Assembly: GCA_963830115.1 (NCBI GenBank)
Contig: CAWHLB010000027.1
Coordinates: forward strand, 409,246-473,245
Direction of reading: 5' to 3'
From: an uncultured delta proteobacterium
GTDB taxonomy: Bacteria > Myxococcota_A > Polyangia > Polyangiales > CAWHLB01
Length of the DNA stretch: 64,000 bases
The notes under the pieces are model-generated. The model saw only the letters and a program-made list of their open reading frames with translations, did no database searches and was not told where the DNA came from. How positions within the stretch are numbered: position 1 is the first letter of the stretch; each line of letters starts with the position of its first letter. The translations under genes were made by a program, and so were the position numbers. This document shows, piece after piece, positions 30,368 through 43,951 of this stretch.

Positions 30368-30943
30368 ATGAAGGGTGCAGCTGTTGGGCTCGCGGTGCTG
30401 GTCGCGACGCTCGTCGCGCGCCCGGCGCACGCCCGGGAGTGCGCCGACGTGCAGATGCCGGACGCCATCACCGTCGACGATACGACCATGTTGCTCAACG
30501 GCGTCGGCGTGCGCCGGGAGACCATATTCAACATCGACGTCTATGTCGTAGCGCTCTACCTGGAGCACCGCACCAACAACGCCTCGATCGCACTCACCTC
30601 CGAGCAGAAGAAGCAGCTGCGGCTCCACTTCCTCCGCGGGGTGAGTCGCGAGACAGTGGTCAAGGCGATTCGCCAGGACATGGAGCACGCCCCCGGCGCG
30701 CCCTACCTCACGAGGGAGATACGGCAGCTCGAAAGCTTGCTGCCGCCCCACTTCCAGGCGGGCCAGGAAATCGCTTTCACGTACAGGCCCGGCGTGGGGG
30801 TCACCGTGTACCGAGGCAACCAGGCCACGGGAACGATCGCGGGGGCCCTGTTCGCGCAGACGTTCCTCGGCATCTGGCTCGGCAACCATCCCCCGAGCCA
30901 GGGAATCAAGTCCGCCCTGCTCAACGGCCCCTGCAACGACTGA
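30368..30943 (+). CDS. Chalcone-isomerase-like family protein (secreted)
   Basis: ATG at 30368 after GGAGGGAG. Signal peptide. Contains LNGVGVRRETIFNIDVYVVALYL, typical of CHI-like proteins. Confidence 0.65.
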   Translation: MKGAAVGLAVLVATLVARPAHARECADVQMPDAITVDDTTMLLNGVGVRRETIFNIDVYVVALYLEHRTNNASIALTSEQKKQLRLHFLRGVSRETVVKAIRQDMEHAPGAPYLTREIRQLESLLPPHFQAGQEIAFTYRPGVGVTVYRGNQATGTIAGALFAQTFLGIWLGNHPPSQGIKSALLNGPCND

Positions 30944-31070
30944 AACCGCGAACCACGCGCGCCGCGCCTGCGCGCGCCTACGTCCGTGATCTGTGGCAGT
31001 TGCGTCCGCGGCGGGGAGTCGGCAGGCTCTAGCCGCCGTGGGGCCCAATGCGCCTGCGGCGGATGCGGGC

Positions 31071-32502
<1,432 letters not shown>

Positions 32503-32531
32503 GGGGACGGGCCCGCCGGGCTCGGGCGGTG

Positions 32532-34520
32532 CTACTCGATCTGCGGGGCGCCGGCGGCGAGGGTCTGGAAGAAGGTGCGGACGCGGGCCTTGGCCGCATC
32601 GTCTTCGAAGATGGCGAAGTGGTCGTCGGCCGGGTACTGGGAGAGGCCGGCCGTCGCCGCGCCGCCTGCCACGTCGCCCGAGACCGGTGCATCGACCGGG
32701 GCGATACCCTCGAGCGCGAGGGCGTCGATGGGCTGGGCGATGGGCTTGACGATCGGGATGTGGGCCGCCGCCGCCAGGGACTCGATGCCGAGGGGCGGCG
32801 CCTCGGTGTCGCGTAGGCCTTCGGTCTGGAGGATGGACTTCGGGGCGAAGCCGGGGCGCGGGCTCGCGAACCAGAGCGAGGCGTAGTTGACCGGGTCGGA
32901 CGCCTCGAGCCAGGTCGCAAAGAGGGTCGTGGCGGGATGCTCGGGGCCGAAGTGCTCGGCTGTGAGCGCACTTACAGAGCCGCCGGGCAGGTTGAGCAAG
33001 AGGGCGACGAAGTCGATGAGCACGTAGGGCTCGGTCTTGTACAGGATCGCCAGGGCGAAGGTGCCCGCCGCGCCGCTCAGCAGGCCGCCCTTCGTCTGAT
33101 CGTCGACCGCGAGGAAGAGGGCGCCGTTGAGGGAGCCCTGGGAGTGGCCGAGGTAGTAGATGCGCGCCGGGTCGAAGTGGATGAGGGAGCCATCGGCCGC
33201 CGGCGGGAGCGTGGCTGCGGGGATCTGCACGCGCTTGGCGAAGCGGGCAAGCTGCACCTCGTCGAGCGCGCTCTGGATCAGGTTGTCGCGCGCCGCGAGC
33301 GGGTTCGCGAAGTTGAAGAGCAGGGCCCCCGAGTCGCCGCCGGTCGGGTTGCGCTCGCCATTGAAGACGGAGTCGATGCTGATGACGGCGAGCCCTACCG
33401 ACGAAAGCTCCTGTGCCTCGCCGTTGTTCACGAAGGACTCGTAGTCGCCATAGGTGCCGTCGGAGTAGAGGACGAGCGGCCAGCCCGCGGCGGGCATGTC
33501 TCCGTCCGGAATGGTCAGAGCGAAGCGCAGGTCGATCTCGTCCTGCACGACCGGCGCTCCGCCCTCGAAGTCGATGCCGCCGCTGCCGGGTGTGTTGTAA
33601 GGCGACGTGCCTTTCTGGAAGATCGGGGACGGGCCGTAGCGGCCGGTCATGAGCGAGTAGCCGCCCCGGTGGCTCGCGAAGCGCCAAGCCGAGCTCATGG
33701 CGTCGGGCGCCGTGTAGTGATCCATGACCCAGTCGCGCGCCGTCTTCATGTCGGCCGTCGGGTCCTGGGTCGTGAAGGGGGCGATGGCCAGCACGTCGTC
33801 GCGCGACACGCCGGCTGTCGCGAGGGCGTCGAGGGCCGCGCCGTAGGTGTCGCGCGCCGCCCGCACCGTGGCGTCGCCGCCCATGCCGTCGGCCAGGGCC
33901 GCGAAGTCGTCGTCGCGCGCGAAGGTGCCGCCCGCCGCCGGGAGCACACCCTTCGTGACGACCGCGACGTAGTGACGCGCGGGCGCGAGTGGGATGCCGA
34001 ACACGGGGCGGATGGCGACCGTGTGGGCGGCCCAGTACGAGGTCGCCTCGTCCTCGTAGCGGACGACGCAGGGATGGCGCGTGCCGAGGTCGGGGCTGTC
34101 CGGGTCGATGTCCATCAGGAAGACGCTCGCGCCGTCGGCGATGGTCGCGGTCGGCGTGTCCGGGAGGCTCGACGGATCGACCGAGGTGGAGAAGCGGAAA
34201 TAGGCGGCGCCGTTCAGGCCCCACCCCGTGAGGTGGGTCGAGATGGCGTCGATGTAGTCGCTCACGGTGACCGCGTGGCGCGGGTTCGGGAAGTCGCGCA
34301 CGTCGATGTCCCCGTCGGCGGTCTTCCGGAGATTCGTCGGCCAGGGCAGATCGAAGAACGCCCCCTCGGCGCCGTCACGCGGCAGCACGAAGACGGCATG
34401 GGGCGGAGCCGAGGGCGCCATCGTCGTCCCCGATCCCGACCCCGACGAGCACCCCGTGACGAGCACGAAGACGAAGGCCAGGCCGACCGATGAACGCGCC
34501 CGAAGCACGACAGCCAGCAT
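32532..34520 (-). CDS. Lipoprotein with a probable alpha/beta-hydrolase (serine hydrolase) domain
   Basis: Lipobox LVTGCSS. Nucleophile-elbow-like YYLGHSQGS. 662 aa, no closer family recognised. Confidence 0.55.
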   Translation of the reverse strand: MLAVVLRARSSVGLAFVFVLVTGCSSGSGSGTTMAPSAPPHAVFVLPRDGAEGAFFDLPWPTNLRKTADGDIDVRDFPNPRHAVTVSDYIDAISTHLTGWGLNGAAYFRFSTSVDPSSLPDTPTATIADGASVFLMDIDPDSPDLGTRHPCVVRYEDEATSYWAAHTVAIRPVFGIPLAPARHYVAVVTKGVLPAAGGTFARDDDFAALADGMGGDATVRAARDTYGAALDALATAGVSRDDVLAIAPFTTQDPTADMKTARDWVMDHYTAPDAMSSAWRFASHRGGYSLMTGRYGPSPIFQKGTSPYNTPGSGGIDFEGGAPVVQDEIDLRFALTIPDGDMPAAGWPLVLYSDGTYGDYESFVNNGEAQELSSVGLAVISIDSVFNGERNPTGGDSGALLFNFANPLAARDNLIQSALDEVQLARFAKRVQIPAATLPPAADGSLIHFDPARIYYLGHSQGSLNGALFLAVDDQTKGGLLSGAAGTFALAILYKTEPYVLIDFVALLLNLPGGSVSALTAEHFGPEHPATTLFATWLEASDPVNYASLWFASPRPGFAPKSILQTEGLRDTEAPPLGIESLAAAAHIPIVKPIAQPIDALALEGIAPVDAPVSGDVAGGAATAGLSQYPADDHFAIFEDDAAKARVRTFFQTLAAGAPQIE

Positions 34521-34626
34521 AGCAGCGCGTCGCCGCCCCCGCCGCGGGGATCATTCCCCGTTGTCCCTGATCAACTCCACCCCGCGCATCGAGCGAGGGG
34601 CGCGAGGCGCGAGGCGCAGCCCTGTC

Positions 34627-35654
34627 CTACTCCGCGTCGCCGCCGCTCACCGTCCAGGTGTGCCCCGAGGCCAGAAGCGCGGCCAGATCGCCCGCGCCCC
34701 GCGCCGCGACGGCCTGCTCGAGCTGGGCGTGGACCGCCGCGTCGTAGGCGGGGGCGTCCTCGCAGTACAGAACGCCGAAGACCGTCGGCGTCTCGAGCTG
34801 GGCGAGGAGGAAGGCGAGGGGGCGGTTCGTCTCGTCGTGCACCAGGATGTCTTCATCGCGCACGCCGTTTTCGCCGACCGTCACCACCTCGAGCTCGAGG
34901 CGACCCGGCTTGATGCGCAGGCCCTGTTCGCCCTTCGCGCCGAAGCGTAGGGGCTGGCCGTTCTCGACCCACAGCTGCTCGACGGCGGCGCGCTTGCGGT
35001 CGGTGACCGCCTCGAAGGCACCGTCGTTGTAGACGGGGCAGTTCTGGAGCAGCTCGACGAAGGACGCGCCCCGGTGATCGTGGGCGCGGCGCAGGAGCGC
35101 CGGAAGCCGCTTCTGGGCCGTGTCGTAGGCGCGCGCCACGAAGCGCCCGCCCGCCCCGAGCGCGATCGCCGCCGGCAGGACCGGCGTGTCTACCGAGCCG
35201 AGGGGCGTCGAGGGGGACACCTGGCCGACCCTCGAGGTGGGCGAGTACTGCCCCTTGGTCAGGCCGTAGATTCGGTTGTTGAAGAGCAGGATCTGCAGGT
35301 CCACGTTCCGCCGCAGCACGTGCAGCAAGTGATTGCCGCCGATGCTGCAGCCCGTCGCCGTCGCCGGTGATGACCCACACGTCGAGGTCGGGACGGGCGA
35401 GCTTGAGGCCCGTGGCGATGGCCGGCGCGCGGCCGTGGATGGTGTGGAACCCGTAGGTGTCCATGTAGTACGGGAAGCGGCTCGAGCAGCCGATGCCCGA
35501 GACGAACACCGTCTTCTCGCGGCGGCACGCCGACCTCGGCCAGCGTCTTTTGCACCGCCGCCAGGATGGCGTAGTCGCCGCAGCCGGGGCACCAACGGAC
35601 CTCCTGGTCCGAGGCGTAGTCCTTCTTGCTCAGCTTCTTCGCTTCCATGTCCAT
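34627..35654 (-). pseudogene. korB: 2-oxoglutarate/2-oxoacid:ferredoxin oxidoreductase beta subunit, two frameshifts as assembled
   Basis: Pieces: [11 protein letters not shown] / [39 protein letters not shown] / [33 protein letters not shown]. The start overlaps the korA stop (TGATG at 35652-35656). Confidence 0.8.
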
Positions 35655-37533
35655 CACAGCGCCTCCCGGATCGCGTGCGCTTCGAGGTCGGCGACACTTG
35701 AAGGGCTTGCCCGGTGACGCTTGCTGGTAGCCCTCCGCCGGCATCAGGTACGCGGCGCGCAGCACCTTCACGAGCTGCCGTTGTTGATCTCGGGGACGAG
35801 GACCTTGCCGAAGCGCCCGAGCAGCGTCGCCGAGCTCGCGCGGGAAGCGGGCTCAGGTGGCGCAGGTGCACGTGGGAGACGCGCCGCCCCTCGCGCGCAA
35901 CCGCCCCACCGCCGCGTGGATGGCGCCGTAGGTCGAGCCCCAGCCGACCACCGCCACGTCCCCGTCCTCGTCGCCGAGGTCGACGCAGGCCGGGGCAGGC
36001 GTCGGCGATCCGCGCGATCTTCTCGGCGCGCACCTTCGGTCATGCGCTGGTGGTTGTCCGGGTCGTAGGAGATGTTGCCCGTCTCGTAGCTCTTCTCGAG
36101 GCCGCCGATGCGGTGCTCGAGGCCGGGCGTGCCTGGCACCGCCCAGGCCCGCGCGAGGGTCGTCTCGTCGCGCACGAAGGGCGTGAAGCCCTCCGGGTCC
36201 GTCGCGGAAGCGCGACCGGGAACCGCTCGAAGCGACTCGCACGTCCGGGATGCGCCAGGGCTCGGCGCCGTTGGCGAGGTAGCCGTCGCTCAGGACGATG
36301 ACGGGCGTCATGTGCCGGGTCGCGATGCGCACCGCCTCGATGGCGATGTCGAAGCAGTCGCCGGGCGTTGCCGGCGCGAGGACGGCCACGGGCGCGTCGC
36401 CGTTGCGCCCGAAGAGCGCCTGCAAGAGATCGCTCTGCTCGGTCTTGGTCGGCATGCCGGTGGACGGGCCGGCGCGCTGCACGTCGACGACGACCAGGGG
36501 CAGCTCGGTCGCCACCGCAAGACCGATGGCCTCCGCCTTGAGGGCGAGGCCGGGGCCCGAGGTCGCGGTCACGCCGAGGGCACCGCCGAAGGACGCGCCG
36601 ACCGCCGCGCTCACCGCCGCGATCTCGTCCTCCGCCTGGAAGGTGATCACGCCGAACTGCTTGAGCGCCGCCATCGCGTGCAAGAGCGTCGAGGCGGGCG
36701 TGATCGGATACGACGCGTAGACGAGCGACAGCTCCGCGAGCTTCGTACCCGTCGATGAAGGCCCCAGGCGAGGGCCTGGTTGCCACTGATGTTGCGGTAG
36801 ACGCCAGGCTCGAGCTCGGCCGGCGGCACGCGCCACACCCCGATGCCACTCGGCAGCTCCGCGGTCTCGCCGTAGGCATGGCCCGCCGACAGGGCCGCCA
36901 CGTTCGCCTCCGCGAGATCGGGCCGGGTCGCGAACTTCGTGCGGAGCCAGCGCTTGGTCGGCTCCGGGTCGCGCCCGAAGAGCCAGAACACGAGGCCCAG
37001 GGTCCACATGTTCTTGCAGCGGTGCGGCGTCCTTGGCGCCGAGCCCGAAGGGCTGCACGGCTGCCAGGCTGAGCGGCGGTGATGTCCAGCTCGAGCACGC
37101 GGTAGGCATCGAGCCCGCCGGCCTCGAGGGGGTTGCTCGCGTAGCCCGCCTTCTTGAGGTTCGCGGTGCCGAAGGCGCCCGTGTTGACGATGAGCAGGCC
37201 GCCGCGCTTGAGGTCGCCCAGGTTGGTCTTGAGGGCGGCCGGGTTCATGGCGACGAGCACGTCGGGCTGGTCGCCCGGCGTCGTCACATCGTGGGACGCG
37301 AAATGGATCTGGAAGCCCGACACGCCGTAGAGGCTGCCGGCGGGCGCACGGATCTCGGCCGGGAAGTCGGGGAAGGTGGCCAGGTCATTGCCCATGATCG
37401 CGGTGGTATGGGTGAACTGGCTCCCGGTGAGCTGCATGCCGTCGCCGGAGTCGCCGACGAAGCGGACGACTGCCTGCTCGAGCGTGCGTGGCGTGCGCTC
37501 TTCGGGCGTCGAAGAAAGGGCGGGCGTCTCCAT
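35654..37533 (-). pseudogene. korA: 2-oxoglutarate/2-oxoacid:ferredoxin oxidoreductase alpha subunit, at least eight frameshifts as assembled
   Basis: ATG at 37533 after GAGGA. Pieces: VRFVGDSGDGMQLTG.. / NMWTLGLVFWLF.. / ASYPITPASTLLH..GVTATSGPGLALK..QRAGPSTGMPTKTEQSDL / [13 protein letters not shown].. / VVGWGSTYG.. / PFK..ADLEAHAIREAL-stop. Confidence 0.8.
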
Positions 37534-37711
37534 CGAATCGTCCTCGTGACCACCAGGCGGTGGCGTTTGGACCGCATATATGGAGGGCGTCCGGGGATTG
37601 CGCCACCCCCGGGGGCCGATCGGGCCGCGGCGGACCCGGAGGGAGGAGCCCCGGGTCCGAGACGACACTCCCCTGCGCCGGGGGACGCGCTTGGGGTATC
37701 GTTGTTGCCCG

Positions 37712-38444
37712 ATGCGAATAGACCAGGGTCAGATGGCGCTCCAGCTCGTCCGCGAGAGCCTCGAGGGTGTCGTGGCGCCCGATATCGTGTCGGTCGTGCT
37801 CTTCGAGGCCCTCGACCACTTCGGAGCGGACATCCCCCGGACGCCCCAGGACCTGCTCGCCTTCGTGGACGCGGAGCTGTCCGCCGCCCTCGTGACGCGG
37901 CTCGGTGGTGCCGGCGCCAAGACAGCCCTGGAACGCATCCGACTCGTGCTCGAGCCGATGCTGCGCCTGGGCCCCAGCACAGCCGAGGCCGTGGACCCGG
38001 ACCCGGAGGCGAGCTGGCGCAGCGACCCGGCGGCCACCGTCACGACCCGCCGCCTCGAGCCGAGCCTGGGTCCGGTCCGGATGCTGGTGGTCGCCGACAG
38101 CGACCGCCTCGTCGGCCGCCTGCGGGCCGCCCTCGGTAGCACGCGGCTGATGGCGGCGCGGGTGCCCGGCATCGACCGAGTGATGGAGGTCGCTGCCGGT
38201 CTGCGTCCGAGCATCATCCTGCTCGACGGCGGTGACCTGCCCACCCTCTCGCCCGACGAGGTCGCGAGCTCCCTCGGAGCCATGCCCGCCACGACCCTGG
38301 TGCTCCTGTGGTCGTCGGGGGGACGGGCCGGTCGATGCCGTCGGCGACGCGATGCGCCGGGCGCAGGTCCCCTTCGTCCCGCTGGAGCGTACGGAGGGCG
38401 TCGGCCCACTCCTCGACATGATCCGGTCCCGCGGCAACGCCTAG
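37712..38444 (+). pseudogene. Hypothetical protein with a receiver-like C-terminal domain, one frameshift near 38320
   Basis: ORF 37580..39247 carries the N-terminal part. The tail continues in ORF 38232..38444 (GPVDAVGDAMRRAQVPFVPLERTEG..). The receiver-like segment reads VRMLVVADSDRL..IILLDGGD. Confidence 0.4.
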
Positions 38445-38516
38445 CAGTCCGTCTTCTTCAGCGGCGGCTAGCGGCGGCGACCTGCATCCTTCGAGGGCCG
38501 AGCGGGTACGGGGAGA

Positions 38517-40064
38517 GTGAACCCCATCTTCGAGGGCACGCCGCCCAGGGGGGCGTGCGCGAGGAAAAAGCCTGCATGCACGAGCCGCGTTGCACGACCG
38601 TCCCGAATCCCGATCGGATTGGTAGCCTGTCTCACGTTCGCTTTCCCGCAGCGGGCGGCCGCCCAGGCCACGGACCCCGGCTATCACGCGTCCCCGGAGG
38701 TCGTGGTCACGCCCCTGCTCGTCCAGGCGGAGGCCGACGCGGCCGCGCACCATCCCGCGCTCGCGCGCGCACGGGCCGCCCTGATTTTGCGTTTCGCGCC
38801 GAGCGGCTCGCCCACCGCCGCGCGGGCCACGCGCGTCTACGATGCGGCGGGGACGGCGCTCGCCGCAAACGCCGACGCGCCGCCCCCGCCGGACGTGGCG
38901 GTCGCGCCCTTGCTCGCCCAGGCCGAGGCGGACGAGACGGCGGGCATGCACGGCATCGCCCTGGCGCGCTTGCATATTGTGATGCAGATCGCACCCGCGT
39001 CGACCCCGGCAGCGCTCCGGGCCCAGCAGCTCTACCGCACGGCGTACGCGGGTTTTCAGGGCGAGCAGGGGGGGGCCGGGGCCTCCTCGGCTCCGCCGGG
39101 CGCCGGTGCGATCGCGGCCGCACAGGCACCCACCGCCTACGCGACCGCCCCTGGAGCCGTACCGGCCACGGCCTCCAGCATGCCCGCCGCCCCCAACGGG
39201 GCGACGGCCGCGCCGCCGGTCGACCCGAACCGCCGCCGCGCCCGTGAGATGGTCGAGCTCTACGCCTTCGGCGCCAGCTTCGGGCTCTTCAGCGGCATGT
39301 ACGTCGCCGAGATCTCGGGCGCGAACAGCGCCGACACCTTCAGCCTGGCCGCCTCCCTCGGCGGCATGGCCGGCGCCGTCTCGGTGCTCGCCCTCGACGT
39401 GGGCCTCGGTGGTCTGCGCACCGGTCAGCCCCTCGCGATCTCGGGCGGCCTGACGGTGGGACTCACCGACGGCCTGCTCGCCTGGGGGGCGTTCCCGAAC
39501 GACCTCCCGGGCAACGACTCACTGAACGTGGTGTGGCTCTCCACCCTGGCAGGCGGCGTCCTCGGCGGCCTCGGCGCGGCGCTCGAGCCGACCCGCGGTC
39601 AGGCGCGCTTCGTCCTCAGCGGCGCGATGTGGGGTGGTTGGCTCATGACGATCGCAGCGCTGCTCGCGGCGCCGAGCAACGCCGAGGACGGCTACCGCAT
39701 GGTGCTCGCAGGCTTCAACGTGGGCCTCGTCGCATCGGCCGTGCTCGCGACCCAAATCCCCCTCTCCGAGGGACGCGTCATGGGCCTCGACGGCGGCCTC
39801 CTCATCGGCGCGGCCGGCGGCGCCATGCTGCCAGGCTTCATCGCCCTGGCCCGCAACGACGCGGGCAGTGTGTCAGGGCGCACGGTCGCGGTGTCCATGG
39901 GTGTCGGTTCCATCGCCGGTTTCACGATCGCGCTGCTCATCCAGGAGTCCCATCGACACGCAGCCGCAACGCCAACCGGTGCGCGCGCCGACGCTACGGA
40001 CGTGCGCTTCTTCGCAGCGCCCACGACCGGCGGCGCGACCGCAGGCATGGCCGGCGTGTTCTGA
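38517..40064 (+). CDS. Hypothetical polytopic membrane protein (N-terminal two-repeat helical domain, Gly-rich TM C-terminal half)
   Basis: ORF with high GC3. Signal-like LVACLTFAFPQRAAAQ. There are many predicted TM helices after residue ~250. The start is uncertain. Confidence 0.5.
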   Translation: MNPIFEGTPPRGACARKKPACTSRVARPSRIPIGLVACLTFAFPQRAAAQATDPGYHASPEVVVTPLLVQAEADAAAHHPALARARAALILRFAPSGSPTAARATRVYDAAGTALAANADAPPPPDVAVAPLLAQAEADETAGMHGIALARLHIVMQIAPASTPAALRAQQLYRTAYAGFQGEQGGAGASSAPPGAGAIAAAQAPTAYATAPGAVPATASSMPAAPNGATAAPPVDPNRRRAREMVELYAFGASFGLFSGMYVAEISGANSADTFSLAASLGGMAGAVSVLALDVGLGGLRTGQPLAISGGLTVGLTDGLLAWGAFPNDLPGNDSLNVVWLSTLAGGVLGGLGAALEPTRGQARFVLSGAMWGGWLMTIAALLAAPSNAEDGYRMVLAGFNVGLVASAVLATQIPLSEGRVMGLDGGLLIGAAGGAMLPGFIALARNDAGSVSGRTVAVSMGVGSIAGFTIALLIQESHRHAAATPTGARADATDVRFFAAPTTGGATAGMAGVF

Positions 40065-40113
40065 GCCATCGCGCCGGCGTGACCTGATGGGCGATCCGGG
40101 ATAGCGTGCGGGC

Positions 40114-41509
<1,396 letters not shown>

Positions 41510-41679
41510 GGGCGTAACAGGGCGCCCACGCGCTCCATCGCACGCGTGCCGAGGCGTTTGTCCCCCCATGGTTGCGTCCCCCCTTGCCGTGGGCGGTCCG
41601 CTCCCGTCTGTCTTGTCTTCGGGATCGGTGTGTCATGGGCGCGGGCTGACACGCGCCATGCGGCGGTGCCTCCTGCGCG

Positions 41680-42612
41680 TCATGCCCTCGATTCGCTGCC
41701 GGCGGCGTCGGGGCGTTCCCCCTGCGCCGGGGCGGGCGGGGTCGGCATGTCTCCCTCGAAGCGGCAGAGACGAAACTTCGCGTCGCTGAAGCGCGCTCCG
41801 TCGAGGCGGGCGCCGCGAAAATCCGACGTCTCGAGCTTGGCTCCGTCGAAGACCGTTTCGCGCAGGTCGGCCCCGTCGAAGCGGGTGCCGTGTGCGCAGG
41901 CGAGCTGCACGGCGAAGCGCGAGACGAAAGAATAGCGTCCCTTGCTGCGCAAGGCGCGGCGTCCCACGAGCATGGCGGCGACGGCCACCACCATGGCGGC
42001 GAGCCCACCGTCGAGGTAGCCGCCGATCAGTCCCCCTGCGATCGCGACGAGGGCAAAAGCCCACATGGCGACGGTGCCCGCCACCACGCGCGAGAGGGCG
42101 CCGAGCGCCACCATGGCGGCGGCGATCAGGAGGAAGATCAGCCCGCCCAGGGCACCCCGGCCCGTGCCGACTCCGGCGACGACGGCCAGCACTCCGGCGA
42201 TCACGGCGAACGCGGCCGTGATCGGTAGCACGGTCCGAAGCGCGTGCTCGAGGCCCTTCCAGACAGCGTCGGCGGCAAAGAGGACCAGCACCGCAACGAC
42301 CACCACCGCGAGCATCTGCTGCCGCGCATCCTGGCTCTGCAGGAGGCGCCTCACGACGCGCCCGGCGTAGCCGGCCGCCACGCCGACACCGAGCGACACG
42401 GCGAAGGACACGACCAGCAGCACGACCTGCCAGGGCGTCCGTGCTCCGGTGCGAGCGCGGGTGAAGTCCGCCCCGCGAAGATTCGCGCCGCGAAAATCCA
42501 CACCGCGCAGATCCGCCTCGCGGAAGTCGCGGCCGTGGAGGTCGGCGCCGGCGTAACTCTCTCGGGTCGGAGCACCACCGCGGAGCGTCTCGTCGGTCGA
42601 TGGGTTCGCCAT
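41680..42612 (-). CDS. Pentapeptide-repeat protein with a central multi-TM region
   Basis: ATG at 42612. Repeats ADLHGRDFREADLRGVDFRGANLRGADF at the N-terminus and GADLRETVFDGAKLETSDFRGARLDGARF at the C-terminus flank hydrophobic helices. Confidence 0.7.
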   Translation of the reverse strand: MANPSTDETLRGGAPTRESYAGADLHGRDFREADLRGVDFRGANLRGADFTRARTGARTPWQVVLLVVSFAVSLGVGVAAGYAGRVVRRLLQSQDARQQMLAVVVVAVLVLFAADAVWKGLEHALRTVLPITAAFAVIAGVLAVVAGVGTGRGALGGLIFLLIAAAMVALGALSRVVAGTVAMWAFALVAIAGGLIGGYLDGGLAAMVVAVAAMLVGRRALRSKGRYSFVSRFAVQLACAHGTRFDGADLRETVFDGAKLETSDFRGARLDGARFSDAKFRLCRFEGDMPTPPAPAQGERPDAAGSESRA

Positions 42613-42703
42613 GACCGCCATCGCAGCAAGGCCCACACCAATCGGCCGAGCGCGCGCATCGCGCCCCGAGCCTGGCCCTCGGATTGCAGTCCATGGTTCT
42701 GCG

Positions 42704-43903
42704 ATGCCTCGGTTCGTGCGGCACCGGTTCCGGGAGGTCCACCTCATCGGCATCGCGAGCGGGTACGCGGCGGTGGCGATCTGGCTCGGTTGGTACGGAA
42801 CGAGCCTCGGCGCTCGTCTCTTCGGTACCGTCTGGGCCGCCACGAGCTCCGGGAGCGCCATCGCCATCTTGTCCGCGGTGGCGTCGGGGATGATCGCGTT
42901 CACGGGCGTGGTGTTCTCGATGGCGTTCATCGCGTTGCAGTTCGGAAGCACCGCCTACAGCCCGCGCATCGTGGCGCAGCTCGGTCGTGGCAAGTTCTTG
43001 CCCCACGCCATCGGCGTCTTCACGGGCACGTTCATGTACGCGCTCTTGGCGATCCGCACCGTCGACATGGGCGAAACGACGGGCACCACCACGACGGTGC
43101 TGTTCACCGCGCTGGCCTGGCTCTTGGCCAGCGTCGCCGTCTTGCTGCTCATGCTGCCGGCGCTCGTTCGGATGACGGTGAATCGCGTGCTCGCGCACCT
43201 GGACGAGCAGGCCAGGCAGGCGGTTGCTCGGGTCTACGGGCCCGAGCGCGAGACCTCGGTGAGCGCGCCGGGCCCGCGCGACGAGTCGGCCGTTACGGCG
43301 CAGCCGATCCGGCAGGTCGTGTGGCACACGAAGAGACCCAAGCACCTGGTCGGCTTCGATGTGCGCCGCCTGATCGCCGAGGCGACGAAGGTCGGGGGCG
43401 TCGTGCACATCCCCTATGCCATCGGCGCGATGATCGGCACCGGCGATCGCCTCGTCCTCGTGCGAGGCGCCGAGGCCGAGATCCCGGAGGCCCTCCTCCG
43501 CAGGGCGTTGTGGCTCGAGCTCGACCGCTCGACGGAAAACGACCCCGCCTACGGGATCCAGCTGCTCGTGGACACCGCGATCAGGGCCCTGTCGCCGGCC
43601 ATCAACGATCCCGGCACGGCCGTCGATGTGCTCGACCGAATGCGGCTCGTCCTCCGCGACCTCGGCCTCCGGGACCTGGACATCGGTCACCTGCGCGACG
43701 AGCGCGGTGCGGTGCGGGTCGTCTTCGATGCGCCGACCTGGGACCAGCTCGTCACGGCGGCGCTCGCGGAGATCGATCAGTACGGAAGGGACTCCGTGCC
43801 GGTGCAGCGACGCCTCGCGAGGCTGGTTCAACGCCTCGTCGAGACCCTTCCGCCCGAGCGACACCCGGCCCTGCTCTCCGTCGTCGCGCCGAAGGCGCCG
43901 TGA
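42704..43903 (+). CDS. DUF2254-family membrane protein
   Basis: Four N-terminal TM helices with FSMAFIALQFGSTAYSPRI, then a soluble domain (ENDPAYGIQLLVDTAIRALSPAINDPGTAV). The start is either 42704 (ATG) or 42611. Confidence 0.7.
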   Translation: MPRFVRHRFREVHLIGIASGYAAVAIWLGWYGTSLGARLFGTVWAATSSGSAIAILSAVASGMIAFTGVVFSMAFIALQFGSTAYSPRIVAQLGRGKFLPHAIGVFTGTFMYALLAIRTVDMGETTGTTTTVLFTALAWLLASVAVLLLMLPALVRMTVNRVLAHLDEQARQAVARVYGPERETSVSAPGPRDESAVTAQPIRQVVWHTKRPKHLVGFDVRRLIAEATKVGGVVHIPYAIGAMIGTGDRLVLVRGAEAEIPEALLRRALWLELDRSTENDPAYGIQLLVDTAIRALSPAINDPGTAVDVLDRMRLVLRDLGLRDLDIGHLRDERGAVRVVFDAPTWDQLVTAALAEIDQYGRDSVPVQRRLARLVQRLVETLPPERHPALLSVVAPKAP

Positions 43904-43951
43904 GCCCGGCTGTCCCTCCCGCCCGCGGGGGATGCCGCCGAGGGCCGCGGG

